A stretch of DNA of 64,000 bases from the human T2T-CHM13v2.0 reference genome, Homo sapiens. The stretch lies in the NCBI RefSeq assembly GCF_009914755.1, contig NC_060937.1. One strand, 5' to 3'. Both the position numbers and the translations under genes were made by a program. The notes beneath the pieces were generated by a model. The model had not been told where the DNA came from, did not search any database, and worked only from the letters and a program-made list of their open reading frames with translations. Shown piece after piece: positions 46,736-60,327 of this stretch; within the stretch, counting starts at the first letter, position 1; each line of letters opens with the position of its first letter.

Positions 46736-49711
46736 TGTTATGGATTGAAATGTGTTCCCCCAGTCCTAAGCCCGAGTATCTGTAGAAATGTGAACTTAGT
46801 TGGAAATAGGGACTTTGGAGATGATTAAGTAAAGATGAGATCATTAGGGTAGGCCCTTATCTAACATGACTGTGTTCTTATTTAAAAAAAAAAAAAAAAA
46901 AAAAAGGAAGTTGGGTGATATGGTTTGGCTTTGTGCTCACCCAAATCTCACTTTGAATTGTAGCTCCACATGTCATGGGAGGGACCTGTTGGGAGGTAAT
47001 TGAATCATGGGTTGTGTTTTTCCCATTCTGTTCTCATGATAGTGAATAAGTCTCAAGAGATTTGATGGTTTTATAAAGGGCAGTTCCCCTCTACATGCTC
47101 TCTTGCCAGCTGCCATATAAAATGTGACCTTGCTCCTCCTTCGCCTTCTGCCACGATGGTGAGGCTCCCCAGCCATGTGGAACTGTGAGTCCATTAAACC
47201 TCTTTTTCTTTATAAACTATCCAGTCTTCGGTATTTCTTCATAGCAGTATGAAAATGGAATAATACAGTAATTTGGTAGAGTGGGGTACTGCTATGAGGA
47301 TACCTGAAATGTGGAAGCGACACTGGAACTGGGTAACAGGCAGAGGTTGGAACAGTTTGGAAAGATCAGAAGAAGACAGGAAAATGTGGGAAAGTTTGGA
47401 ACTTCCTAGTGACTTGGAGGGCTCAGAAGAAAGGAAGATGCAGAAAAGTTTGGAACTTCTTAGAGACTTGTTGAATGGCTTTGACCAAAATGCTGACAGT
47501 GATACAGATAATGAAGTCCAGGCTGAGGTGGTCTCAGATGGAGATGAGGAACTTGTTGGGAACTGGAATAAAGGTGACTCTTGCTATGTTTTAGCAAAGA
47601 GACTGGTGGCATTTTGCCCCTGCCCTAGAAATCTGTGGAACTTTGAACTTGAGGAGTTGATTTAGGGTATCTGGCAGAATAAATTTCTAAGCAGTAAAGC
47701 ATTCAAGATGTGACTTGGGTGCTCTTAAAAGCATTTAGTTTTATGTATTCAAAAATATATGGAACTTTGGATTTGAACTTATGTTTAAAAGAGAAGCAGA
47801 GCATAACAGTTTGGAAAATTTGCAGCCTGACACTGCAATAGAAAATAAAAAAACATTTTCTGAGCAGAAATTCAAGCTGGCTGCAGAAATTTACATAAAT
47901 AATGAGGAGCCAAATGTTAATCACCAAAACAATGGGAAAAATATTTCCAGGGCATGTCAGAGGTCTTCACAGCAACCCTTCCCATCATAGGCCTGGAGGT
48001 ATGGGAGGAAAAAAATGGTTTCATGAGCTGGGTCCAAAGTCTTGCTGCTTGTGCAGTCTTGGGACTTGGTGCCCTTTGTCCCAGCCATGGCTAAAAGAGG
48101 TCAACATACAGCTCAGGCTGTTGCTTCAGAGGGTGCAAGCCCCAAACTGTGAGGAAACTATTAAATTGTGCTGTATTCTGGAATTATATAGCCTACAGAC
48201 AAAACTTCCATTTGTAGTTTTCTTTCTACGTATTGTAAAATTGAAATAAGAACTTTTCACTATATGGGAGGTCCATCAAAGCAATGCTTACATGTGGCAT
48301 TGGGCCTGTGGGTGCACAGAAATCAAAAATTGAGGTTTGGGAATCTCCATCTAGACTTCAGAGGATGTGTGGAAATGCCTTGATGGCCAGGCAGAGGTGT
48401 GCTATGGGGAAGAGCCCTCATGCAGAACCTCTGCTAGGGCAATGCAGGAGGGAAATGAGGGGTGGGAGCCCCCATACAGAGTCCCCACTGGGGCACTGTC
48501 TAATGGACCTGTGAGAAGACAGCCACCGTCCTCCAGACCCCAGAATGGTAGATACACTGAAAGCTTGCACCATGTGCCTGGAAAAGCTGCACACACTCAA
48601 CATCAGCCTGTGAAAGCAGTTGGGAGCGGGGCTGTACTCTGCAAAGCCACAGGCGCAGAGCTGCCCAAGACCATGGGAACCCACCTCTTGCATCAGCATG
48701 ACCTGGATGTGAGACATGCAGTCAAAGCATATCATTTTGGAGCCTTTAGATTTGACTACCCTGCTGGATTTTGGATTTGCCTGGGTCCTGTAGCCCCTTC
48801 ATTTTGGCCAATCTCTCCCATTTGGAGCAGGTGTATTTACCCAATGCCTGTATTCCCATTGTATCTAGGAAGTATTACTAACTTTCTTTGATTTTACAAG
48901 CTCATAGGTGGAAAGGACTTGCCTTGTCTCAAATTAAGACTTTGGACTGTGGACTTTTGAGTTAATGCTGAAATGAGTTAAGACTTTGGGGGGCTGTTGG
49001 GAAGGCATGATTGCCTTTGAAATGTAAGGACATGAGATTTGGAAGGGGCCAGGTCAAAATGATATGGTTCTGCTGGGTCTCCACCCAAATCTCATCTTGA
49101 ATTGTAGCTCTCATAATCCCCTCATATCGTGGGAGGGACCTGGTGGACGGTAATTGAATCATGAGGGTGGGTTTTCCCATGCTGTTCTTGTGACAGGGAA
49201 TAAGTCTCATGAGAACTGATGATTTTATAAAGGGCAGTTCCCCTGCACATGCTCTCTTGCTTGCTGCCATATAAGACACGCCTTTGCTCCTCCTTCGTTC
49301 CTCCTTCCCCTTCTTCCATGATCGTGAGGCTTCCCCAGCCATGTGGAATTGTGAGTTCATTAAACCTCTTTTTCTTTATAAGTTACCCAGTCTTGGATAT
49401 TTCTTCATAGCATTATGAAAGTGGACTAATACATTGGGACACAGAGACAGACACACAGAGATATGCACAGAAGGAAGATGATATGAGTGCACAGAAAGAA
49501 TGCTATCTACAAGCCAGGGAATGTCTGAGGCTACCAGAAGCTGGCACATAGGCAGGCAACAGATTCTACTTCAAAGACCTCAGAAGGCAGAAACTCTGTG
49601 GACACATTGATTTATGACGTGTAGCCTCCAGAACTATGAAACAATACATTTTTGTGGTTTAAGATGCCCAAACTTTGTACTTTGTTATGGTACTTCTGGC
49701 AAAGAAACACA
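46736..49711 (+). mobile_element. MLT1B-like solo LTR (46736-46915 and 49439-49711) split by a THE1 provirus
   Basis: Begins tgttatggattgaaatgtgttcccc and ends ...gcaaagaaacaca; flanks ccata/ccatt are a degenerate 5-bp TSD; internal A22 run at 46884-46905. Confidence 0.85.
46916..49433 (+). mobile_element. Complete THE1B-like MaLR provirus (LTRs 46916-47267 and 49060-49433)
   Basis: TG...CA LTRs; 5-bp TSD ttggg at 46911-46915 and 49434-49438; THE1 internal sequence; polypurine tract before the 3' LTR. Confidence 0.93.
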
Positions 49712-51539
49712 CCATTCGTTCTCAATTTCAATGACTGAAGTCACTACATAGGCCCAATATCTAGATATTGGCACAATTAAGTGACTTATTATATTCCACA
49801 GCATTCGTTTAAGTAATTAACATTATTTAATAACATTTAATTCAATTATCCAGTTAAATAATTATATGGTTGCAATTCATTTGTCTTCCTTGTATCATTC
49901 AGTCTCTTGCTACAAAATTAGCTTATGATATCATTCTATTACCACCAACACATTTAGGAAATTATAATAGGGTCTAAAGTTTGCAAATATTATAATTTTA
50001 TCCACAGATTAAATAAAATTTAATATTAATACATTTATTCACATAAAGTGGGGAGTTAACATAATTTTTGAATCTCCTTCAAATATCAGATAACAGATTT
50101 TCCCACCATCAAACCAGATGTTTAATAAAAATAATACAGATAATATAACATTTTAAAAATCAATGGAGTTAATTTTATCAGTGATTTACCAATCTGTCCT
50201 TGTATTCATAATAAGTGAATATTTTAAATAAACATTGTCTGATTAAAGTATGAAAGGTATTATCACTGTTATTTTGCTTTAAGCTTACAAACACATTCTG
50301 TTTTGACTCTTCATAGTATAAACTGAAAAGAACAATTTATATTGCTAGCATTTATGCACATAGAAATAACTTCCACTTTATACTGTATTGTGTTAAAAAA
50401 ATTGACTTTACATGAAAAACAAATAGGAGAGTTTAAAACTACTGTAAATGACCTCTGTGTTGAAACTATTATTTTAACTTGTGCTGTATTCTGGAATTAT
50501 ATAGCCTACAGAAAAACCTTCCATTTGCAGTTTTCCTTCTACATATTGTAAAATTGAAATAAGAACTTTTCACTAAATGGGAGGTCCGTCAAAGCAATAT
50601 AAATGCCATAAAAATTACAACAAAGATAAATATTTTTCTTATCTACTCTATGGCAATTGTTGATATTTAAGTTTAACTCAATCATCTGTTAGAATAAATG
50701 CATGTCTTTAATGTAATTCAGTTTCATCTAATTAGTATTCATTTGATTTCTCTAAGATATTATAAACATCACAGAACAAAACTCCATAAACAGGTTTCCT
50801 ATTATGTATATATGAAAATCTAGATTGAGTTTAGATGTCAAAGTGTGGTTCATTTATGCTTCTGATGGAATAAAGAGAACTACCATTAAATTACTTTTCT
50901 AGAAACATATCTGAGTATATTTCATTTTAAATCAGTCCTCATAATCTTTTAATTTAACTCATTTCATGATTTGTGTTTTTATTTACGAGTGCAATCTTAT
51001 GTTTTATGCAGTTTGCTTAGTCTTACTTGAAAACTAGATAGGGATTTGTGAGAATAAGAAATTTAAAATTTTGATGCCTCAGATTCCTTATCTGTAAAAT
51101 ACAGTGAAGATTTTAAGATAAAAACCTATACTCGCATTTTGCAAATTTTTTTGAGTTTCAATTCTCTAAGCTAAAGAACAAAGTCACTAAACACAAGTGA
51201 CAAAGAGTTATGTGTTCCTTTCAGAAGACAGTTTCTTGTGCCTTTGTCCACGGTTTGATTTTTATTTAAAAGCATATTTTTTAATCGTAAATATCACTGT
51301 CACGCAATTTAAAATAATATTATTAAATAAGCAAAAGATATGCATGCATGCCTGGCCCTCAAAGTTGCAAACTTAGTAGAGTCTGCATAGAATTGGGTTG
51401 ATAATTGTTTTGTGAATTATTGCATGTTTCTGGTTATAGACGCTGCTATGTCTCCTGCAAAGTAGAGTAGTCAAACATATTTCTTTTAGATCAGAGTCTA
51501 CATTCAAGATTTAGATCCAGGATAAAATCTTTCATTCAT

Positions 51540-51710
51540 GAATTTTGAATAGTAACTCAGGTGTCAAAGGAACCAGTGGCTTAACCAAATTGAGCTTCAG
51601 ATGCCTTTTCCCTAAAGCAATCATAATGATGTCTGCCTTGTAGGATGAGTAAGTAGTGTTAAAGCATCTAGTACAGAATCACTAATAGGCACTTAGCCAA
51701 TATTATTTTT
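51540..51710 (+). mobile_element. Degenerate MIR
   Basis: cttaacc...gagcttcag...taggcacttagccaatattatt layout. Confidence 0.4.
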
Positions 51711-53396
51711 TTTCCTTAACCTGTCCTTCATCTTTCTTCAGAATGGTAAGAATTGGTGCCAGAATCCTTGGACTTTGTAGCTCTGTTGACAAGAAATCTT
51801 GCTCTTGTGCAAGTCAGTTAAGTACTCTGCCAGCTTTTTGTTCGCAGAAGTATGGCGTTGTCTTCTTAGATCTCTTTCCCATAATTATTGTCTCTACTTT
51901 TATTATTCTGGTCTATATTCGTGCATTACACGAAGTAATTTGAAACTGGCAGATTGTTCAATTTCTCCCCAACATTGTGTAACAACTTAGAACTGCATCT
52001 AGACGATTTTGACATCCACAAATAAGTGCTGTTCTGTAACCCTGGATTTTGTTAAGGGGCATCTATCATTTGTCAGTCTCTGTGTTATTTATTTTACATA
52101 TTTTATCTCAATCTTCACAGCATGAAGATTCACAAATTCAATAACTTTCATTTCATGCTGGTTAGTGTGGCAGCTCCAAGTAAACTCTCACCTTAGCACT
52201 GTAACTTTTGAAAAATAGTGAAAAAGTATTTGCCTCATTTTAAAGTGACTCATTAAATAACCCATCTTCTACAAAAGAGATAATTGTAATTATTATTACA
52301 GTCCAAAGTAAATATCACAGGAATTTAGTAACAAAATTCTATTCCATAGAACTAAGCTTATACATTACTTATTTTAAGTCAGTATCAAATAATTCTTTCA
52401 AACACTGCAAAGATATGAGGAAAAATTAAATACACCTAACCAATAATACTTCCTGTAATTCTTATATGACTTAAGATATACGCTTCAAACTTGGAAAGTT
52501 GTAGAGAGGCTACAAATTTGCTTAATATCCATGACAGGATATCAGTGAAGCTGGAATTTTCACCTACGCCTGTTACCCCCAAAACAGGTCTCTTTTCATA
52601 TATCGTCACTTCTCTTTAAAAATAACTTACTGAAATTCAGGATTCATGAAACATAATTATTATCTATCTATTGACCAATCTCATATCCAACTAAGGGAAA
52701 TAAATTCAATTGTGTATTTAAATGTACACAGGAGGTTTTCATTCTATAGCTGTCATGCATGTTTTAGAGTGCAGATCATGTGTCTCCTATTAGTCATAAA
52801 CTACAGGACCTCAGACATACAGAAACATAATTTTCTGTAAAATATATATTGCAATTAGCAAAAACAAAAGAATTAAGGTTTGTTTTCCTTTATATTATAA
52901 AACTTTAAATATCCATTTACATGTCAATATTGATTCATTTTCCAACTATTCAAAGTCGGTATGCGGATTAAAAGTTTTTTTAGATCACACCGAAGAAGAT
53001 ACAGATAGTGACACAGGAATGTCATGAAGGTTAATGGATTGACCATGGTTATAAAATCATTAAAGGGTGTGTAGCCATCAGAGTACCTGTCATCCTAACT
53101 TCTTTATAAAGCAATTTAGAAAACCATAAACACAAATGCCCAGACAGCAATTTTAAGATAATAGAATTTTTATAAATGCTATCTAATCAATGGGAAATTT
53201 CATTTTAGGTATTTTAAAATGAGAAGAAATGCATGTCTAAGTTAACATATAAAAAGCCACTTGTCAACAATGTTTTTAATATTTTTTAAAGTAATATAAA
53301 TAAGATCTTTGCTCTTTCAAAATCTAGGATAGTAAGTAAACTGGTTTAAAATGTATATAAAGATGTTTAAAAGTTTTTTTGAAGTAAACAGGCAGC

Positions 53397-53831
53397 TGGT
53401 ATAGTTTGGATATTTGTCCCCACCCAAATCTCATGTTTAATTTTAATCCCCAAGGCTCGAGGTAGAGCCCATTGGGAGGTGTTTAGATCATGGGAAAGGA
53501 TCCCTCATGGCTTGGTGTGTCTTTGTGATAGTGAGTTCTTGCAAAATCTGATCATTTAAAAGTGTGTGGCACTTCCTTCCCCATGCTCTTTCTCTCTACC
53601 TCTCTCCGCCTCCCCTCCATTTGCTCCTGCTTTCATCATGTGATGTGCCTCTTCTCCCCTCACCTTCTGCCATGATTAAAAGTTCCCAGAGGCTTCACCA
53701 AAAGTTAAGCAGATGCCAGCACCATGATTCCTCGAAAGCCTACAGAATTGTGAGTCAATTGAACCTCTTCTCTTTATAAATTACCCAGTCTCAGATATTT
53801 CTTTATAGCAATACAAGAATGGCCTAATACA
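53397..53831 (+). mobile_element. MSTA-like MaLR solo LTR
   Basis: tggtatagtttggatatttgtccccacccaaatctcatg...ggcctaataca; TSD gcagc/gaagc (4/5). Confidence 0.9.
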
Positions 53832-54906
53832 GAAGCACATATAATATTGAATAAATATTTTAAAGTATGTACTCGTTAATATTCTGCTTCAGTGATAGTT
53901 GGTTTCCCTTCAAAATACTTGCTTTGCACATAACTGCTTGTTATAAAAAACAATTTCAGCTTTACTTAAAAATCAGAAAGAGTAATTTTCCTTTTTAAAC
54001 TGTTATTCAACAATCATGAACAGAATCTTCTGAAGAGACATTGCAATATTATTGTAAGTTATTTCTAAAATTTTGAAAATTCATGAGTATTTTATAAAGT
54101 TGTTACGTTACAGTTCTCATTTTCCTTCCACCTATTCCTGATGTTACTGTTCAAACATTGGCCTTAGCTTTCTCTTGGTTTCCTTTATCTTTTCATTCTT
54201 TTCATTAGTTTCATTTTTAAAGTTCATGGAAAATTGTAATAAATATTATAGTCAACAACTGTCATAGTAAATCATGTGATTTTAAGTGTGTATATAAATT
54301 AACGCAATTAATGAAATGAGTTTCAGAAACATATAGAAGTATAGATGTTAGATCTTATCTTCAATATTCTAAGACTGGAAAACTTCCAAATGTAGTACTA
54401 ATTTAAAATGCATGAAGCAAAATTGAACACAAAACTTTTGATGTATTATAGAACAAAGCCATTGAGATTCATAGTATGTATTATCTTATACAATACCTAT
54501 TTTACAGAATTGGAAGCCAAGTTTCAGAGTGACTGAGTAACTAAATAATGGTTGATACTTATGTAATAATTTTGGGGGACCAGGCACTGTTCTAAACATG
54601 TCTTACATGCTTAACACACTTAAAAACCTATTTATGTGCAAAGCCAAATACCAAATAACAAGAAAAATCTTGGCAAACTTGCTAAAAAATTCTGTTGATA
54701 TTGGTGTAAGAAATTGTAGAAAAATCAAAAAAATATTCAAAAAATCTCAAAGAATTCCCTACTCAGACTTCTGAAAAAAGAAAACAAAACTAGAATTCAC
54801 ACTTAGTACACTCTTAGTACACTTAGTATGTTCTTTTGCAAGAAAGAAGGGGCAGAGCTCTAGTGAACACTCAAAAGAAAACCTTGGCCTGGCATCAAGT
54901 TAGGCG

Positions 54907-54934
54907 ACTGGATGTATATATATATACATCCAGT
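54907..54934. repeat. Perfect 28-bp palindrome
   Basis: actggatgtatata|tatatacatccagt equals its own reverse complement. Confidence 0.97.
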
Positions 54935-57439
54935 ATATATATATGTAAAATAAAAATTCGAAAGAACATATGCATTATATTTAACCTACCCACCATTAAT
55001 ATTTTGAATGAGTGCTTATATTATATAAATAATACATAATATACACCTGTTCAAACATTTTAAATTAAATTAATTGAGCTTTTTCGGTATTTTCTAAATC
55101 ATTTAAATGCATTTCTTGTCAAACTCTTGATCATACTGTACATATAATTATATTCTGAAAAACAATTTAATCTTTAAAAAGGTTTAGCTACAGTCTTTTT
55201 ATAATTCCTTATTAATTATTGACATTTACAAGATGATTATATCATAATGGTCATTCTGTCATAATACAATTATAATACCTACATTATTATAATATGATAT
55301 TATAGTGATATTATAATAGCACCTCAGTGGAACTAAAATCTTAAAAAGTTAGAGCTCAGTTGCATTTTGCACATTGTAATAGTGCACACACCCATGGGCA
55401 CAAAAACATACAAGCAAAGTACTGGATCCAATAGCTTTTTGAACCTTTTAAGCTAAAGATTACACTATCTTTTCAACTCAATATAACCTTCTCATGTGTG
55501 TTTAATTTTTTTTTGCTCCAAATTATTATTGCATTTTCTCTGAAAGATGAAGAGAATAAAAGGTTTAGGTTAGAATTAATGTATCTGAAACCTTTTTGTA
55601 TGAATATAGCAATGTTAATGTTACAGTAATTTAATTTGAAAAGCAAATCCCCAATAGATTATTTAAATATGTTATCCAGGAATATAGAGACATAATTGTT
55701 TTTAGTAATATAATATGCATAGCCTTTCTTTCCAATGTTGAAAAGAACAATTTCTATAATTTTTATATGCAAATGCTTTTGAAAGTTAGCTCACCTGACT
55801 CACCTGATATATGGCAATGTCCTGAATACATCTAATTAGATAATCTTTTGAAAATTCTATTTAAATAAAGGCAGATGATTCATGGGAGAAATAATCAAAT
55901 TAAATTACTTTTTTAAACATCTTTTTTAATACTACTAAAAAATTCTGATAACCTCACTATGGTTTTCATAAATGTTTTCTTTCTTGTTATGTGGTAAGAA
56001 TATGCACATGTGTTTACGAGTTCAGATTCCTAATTTCAACTTCTGGATTCCTTTGGCAATATTTATGGGGGATTGACTATGTCCAAGGCTTTTTGGAAGT
56101 TGTCACATGCATGCTGTCATCAAAGAGCATTTCAGTTTTATATTGTGTCTATCTTGGACTTCTGTGAAATTAATCTAACTCAGAAAGCAACTGAAACAAT
56201 ACGCAAATATTTTGATGCTGATTCAGTGTTTCCTCACTTTGTAATTAATGACCATTCTATTTATAGGTAATTTAGAAAGTTTCCTTTCATTGAAGAAAGA
56301 CAGAGATTAATGGCATCTTTCCAGTATAGAATGAAATCGATCAATCAACTATTTCTGCAACCTGTGATATTTAACACAGAGTTTATTCTCTAGTTAACCT
56401 GGACAGTTTTATTTGAATTAGTATATTTAATTCTTTTTAGTATTATAAATTTAAAGACAACATTGTATCCATTGACTCTGTAATTTTCTTTTTTTCTAGG
56501 AGTTTGCTATTTCACAAAGTGTTTTTTGACAAGCTAACAATTTTTTCAGGTCGAACTTTTATCCATAGGTTGCTGCTATAAAGTAAAATTGTGCTGTCAA
56601 TTATAATTTCCTGTTTCGATTAATGGCATTTCAAAAGTTCTGTAGCTTTATAAATGAACCCAGGGGCCACAACCAATGAGCAATAGTACACAATACACAG
56701 TAAAAAATTAAACTTCCCCAAGCGCAAACTCAAAAGAAAGCCACAAAAGTCACCTGATTCAAGGAAATATGATTAATATAAATGTTATGTTTTATAAATG
56801 CTCTTGCAACCAATATCATCCAACAAAAAGAGAAAATAGCAGTAATATTAACATATCAAAAATAAATATTATACATATGTACATGGTAACTATGCATTAA
56901 TACAAGGATAAAAGCTGTTGCAAATAAATTGAAATCATATAGGTCCTGGGAAACCAGCTCAATTATATTCAGATATAACTACCCTTATTCAAATTCTATG
57001 TCTAGTTATTCCATCATCATAAACTACTTCATTCACTTCAGAAATGTAAGGCAGAAGTCACACAGAAGTTACAGACAACTTAACCCAAACAATCCCACAT
57101 GCCCTGTAAAAACCTATCACAATCACTTTACCCCCCACAATATACTATTTGTATATTTGATGAAATAAACCATTGCATTATTTCTTTCCTTTACTCCCAT
57201 TTACAGAGAGCATATTGCCAAACACACCAGCTTCCAGTTTTCATTTTAAACAACTGCATTATATGGTTCTAAAGTATTCATTAGTTCATAGAAGAAAATC
57301 TGTTGCTAGACATTTAATTGTTTCCATTACATTGAAAAACTAACTTGACCTAATTCAGTATTTTAGTTACACAACCCTAATGAAGTGAATCTCTCTCCTT
57401 TTTAAAATTACAGAATGATTTCTCTTTTCTTTTGGGAAA

Positions 57440-57860
57440 TACTCCAAAATGCTTAACAGGACTTATGCAGCCTCCATCTGTATTGTCTGAGCTATAATCT
57501 CCACAGTCTCCCCACATTCCCCTGGCCTCTTCTTTTTCTCTAGGCACTACTGGATCCCATTTGTTTATTTGAACATGTCACACTGCCTCTGACTTCTAGG
57601 CTTTTGAACATGCTAGTTCCTTTGCCTGACTGCTTCCTTTTATCATCCAAGTCTCATTAAAAGTCGCCTTCCAAGGGTTTTTCTGCTATATGCTCTCCCA
57701 GCATTGTACTTTTCCCTTCCAACATCATCTCTGCTGTAACAGTTTGATGTCTGTTTCCATCCACCTTCTGTTCTCTATTAGAGCACATTTACTGTTCTAT
57801 TCCAGAGGAAGTGCAATGCCTGGCATAGACTAGGCATTTCACAAATATCTGTGGAGTCAT
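57440..57860 (+). mobile_element. L2 3' fragment
   Basis: tttgaacatgctagttcctttgcctga...caatgcctggcatagactaggcatttcacaaatatctgt. Confidence 0.6.
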
Positions 57861-58318
57861 GTTGAAGTTAAAGATATGTTTAGTAGGATACATCTGGGTA
57901 CATATCAGTATATACAAACATATATATATATATATATTTGAGAGATTTTGGTTTTTGTTTTGTTTGTTTTGGTTTTAGTTTTCATGTTGCTGCTGTCTCT
58001 GACACACTTATCTCTGTGCAGTTAGAGGACCTAAAAAATAGTTATCTATTTATGACTCAAAGCCTGCATACCTGTATCATTGTTCCACAGATTCATTTTT
58101 CTCATTATCTCACTACTGAATCTTTTTAGAGATTGTTTTTCCCCAATCATCCCTGCTCTATGAAATTTTAAGACCTCATATGTACTGCATAGCTGTTTAT
58201 GTATTGTGGCCCTTTAGAGGGCCCATCGCCATTATAACACATAAAATTTTTGTGTCACTTCAGGCAATATTACCTCCTTTATGAATGCGTGACCTATCGC
58301 TATGCCTGTAGCTGTATT

Positions 58319-58321
<3 letters not shown>

Positions 58322-58349
<28 letters not shown>

Positions 58350-58359
58350 ATCTATCATC
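58322..58359. repeat. (TATC)n tetranucleotide STR
   Basis: tatc x7 plus degenerate units. Confidence 0.93.
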
Positions 58360-59479
58360 TTCTTCTTTTTATTTAGTGAGAAGGAAGAGAGAGAGTGCCT
58401 AATTGAGTACTCTTTTATGTATTGTTTCTGCTGTTCATTGCAGAATTTTTTCCTGTCCTGTTTCCAGCTCAGTTTCGGAGTTGAGTCCACCCAAAGGCTT
58501 TGCACAAAAAGAGCATCCTCCTTTCTGATTGTTGTGTTGGTCTCCTGGCTATTGAGTACTTTACTGAGAGTTAAAAAAACATTAATTTGTATGGAAATAT
58601 TATAGTCAGAGTGTATTGTAATTTTTAGAATTTCATATTTTATATTTACCATAGTTATAATTTTATTCATGTCAGTTTCCAAATGAAATGTTTTATGTGT
58701 TCCCAACTGGAATTAATTTTCTTTATCTAATTACTTTCAAAGCTGTATCAGAGTTGAAGCTTTGAAAGCTATTGGTGGCATTAGGATCCATTCAGTTTCC
58801 GCAGGCAGCTTGAAAAATAGACCTGTATGGGCAAACATCTCAGGTGCAGGGAAAACCATCGTCTTACATGAGTAGCTGCAGAGAGAATGGGATTGCAGCC
58901 CTATTTCTTGCTTACTCTGGCTTTTATTAGTCCACAGAATGCTTAGAAACAAATGGCAGAGGTTTGTTGGGAACATTTTATAGTGCCTCTAGGGACCCCT
59001 GACTTGTTAAGTCTATTTGCAGCGGCAGTTGTCATTTAAATACAACGTTACAACCTGTTATGACACCCAAGGTGAGTGGCTTATAAAGCCCACAATCAAG
59101 GAGGCTTCAATGGTGATGTAAAGTTAAAAGACTCTTCCCATTCATCTTTTTTTTCCTCCCTTTTTCCCAGCAGGCACTCATAAACTATCTGCCTAGTACC
59201 AGTTTAGTCCAGATATACTGTCAATTTACATGGTTTAACTGACAAGTCATGCTTGTCACCATTCATTAGTTATTGCCCTCAATGGAGACATCTAATACCA
59301 CATTGCCTTCAATAGCAAACAGGCATTAGTTACAGCAACATTGAGAGAAATGTTCAAATGTTCCCACTTCCCCTCTCTCACACTAAACAGCCACTGGGAT
59401 AATGCTATCTCATTTAGCTACTGCAAGAACCCTCTGCTCTGGTCCAAGGGATGCATTCACAACCCATATCTTGACAGCA

Positions 59480-59720
59480 ACAGCTAGCACTCACTATGTT
59501 GGTGGGCACCCTGTTTAAGTGCTTCACTACATTTATACTCACATTAATCATATGATATATGTGTTAATATCATTCTGTGCTTTTACAAATGAGGAAACAG
59601 GCTAAGGAAAAAATATAGGGTTTTGTGTGAGGTTAAAAAGGCAGGAAATTGTAGATCACAGGTTTTAAAATTGTATGCATACAGAGCCAGCCAGCTTAAT
59701 CTTTATTCTAAATTGCATCT
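59480..59720 (-). mobile_element. MIR
   Basis: ttttacaaatgaggaaacaggct core motif with MIR-like flanks. Confidence 0.65.
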
Positions 59721-60327
59721 CCTTGCTTAATATTCTAAAGCTAAGCCAATTCCCTCCCCACCTTATTCACACATACCCAAATTGTAGCCAAAGTTAAGCC
59801 CTTTTTTTCACACAGTCTCCCTAAAGGAATGTAGTTCATAGTGATATATCCAGTGTACTCCCTCATATAATTTATTTGTAAAATGACATCAATATTGTTC
59901 TGTATAGTACTATTTAACTTTTCAAGATTCTGTGCCTTATTGCCTTTAAATAGAGCATACACTTCCAGGGAGAGGGATGTTTCTTATAGTTGTACTACGT
60001 TTTAATAATGAACAGTACAATGCCTCACACATAGTTTGATATGATACATTTTTTAAAAATCCTTTGATTTGGTGATAGCTGGGAAATGTCTGGAGTTATT
60101 ATACACTCCAAGAAAATAAATGACAGTTTAGTCTAGTTTTATACTCGACTACTAAAGGCTAGCCAATTAAGAGAACTGTATTTAACTACAACTGTGCTTC
60201 TTGGTTGTCCTGGAAAATTGATCATTTCTCTGATTTAACCTACTCTGATTGCTATAATCTTACTTATTAATACTTTACAGACATGCCATCAATTCGGTAG
60301 TGTTGTAAGTTACTTGGAGAAGTCATC

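Noticed and set aside
47357-47467. ~55-bp tandem duplication in THE1-int
   Set aside because: Diverged and probably inherited from the source element; not evidence of a local event without a consensus comparison.
47273-48891. ORFs of 130 and 174 aa
   Set aside because: Remnants of THE1 internal sequence; similar ORFs recur in the second THE1 (61052-61616). Not host genes.
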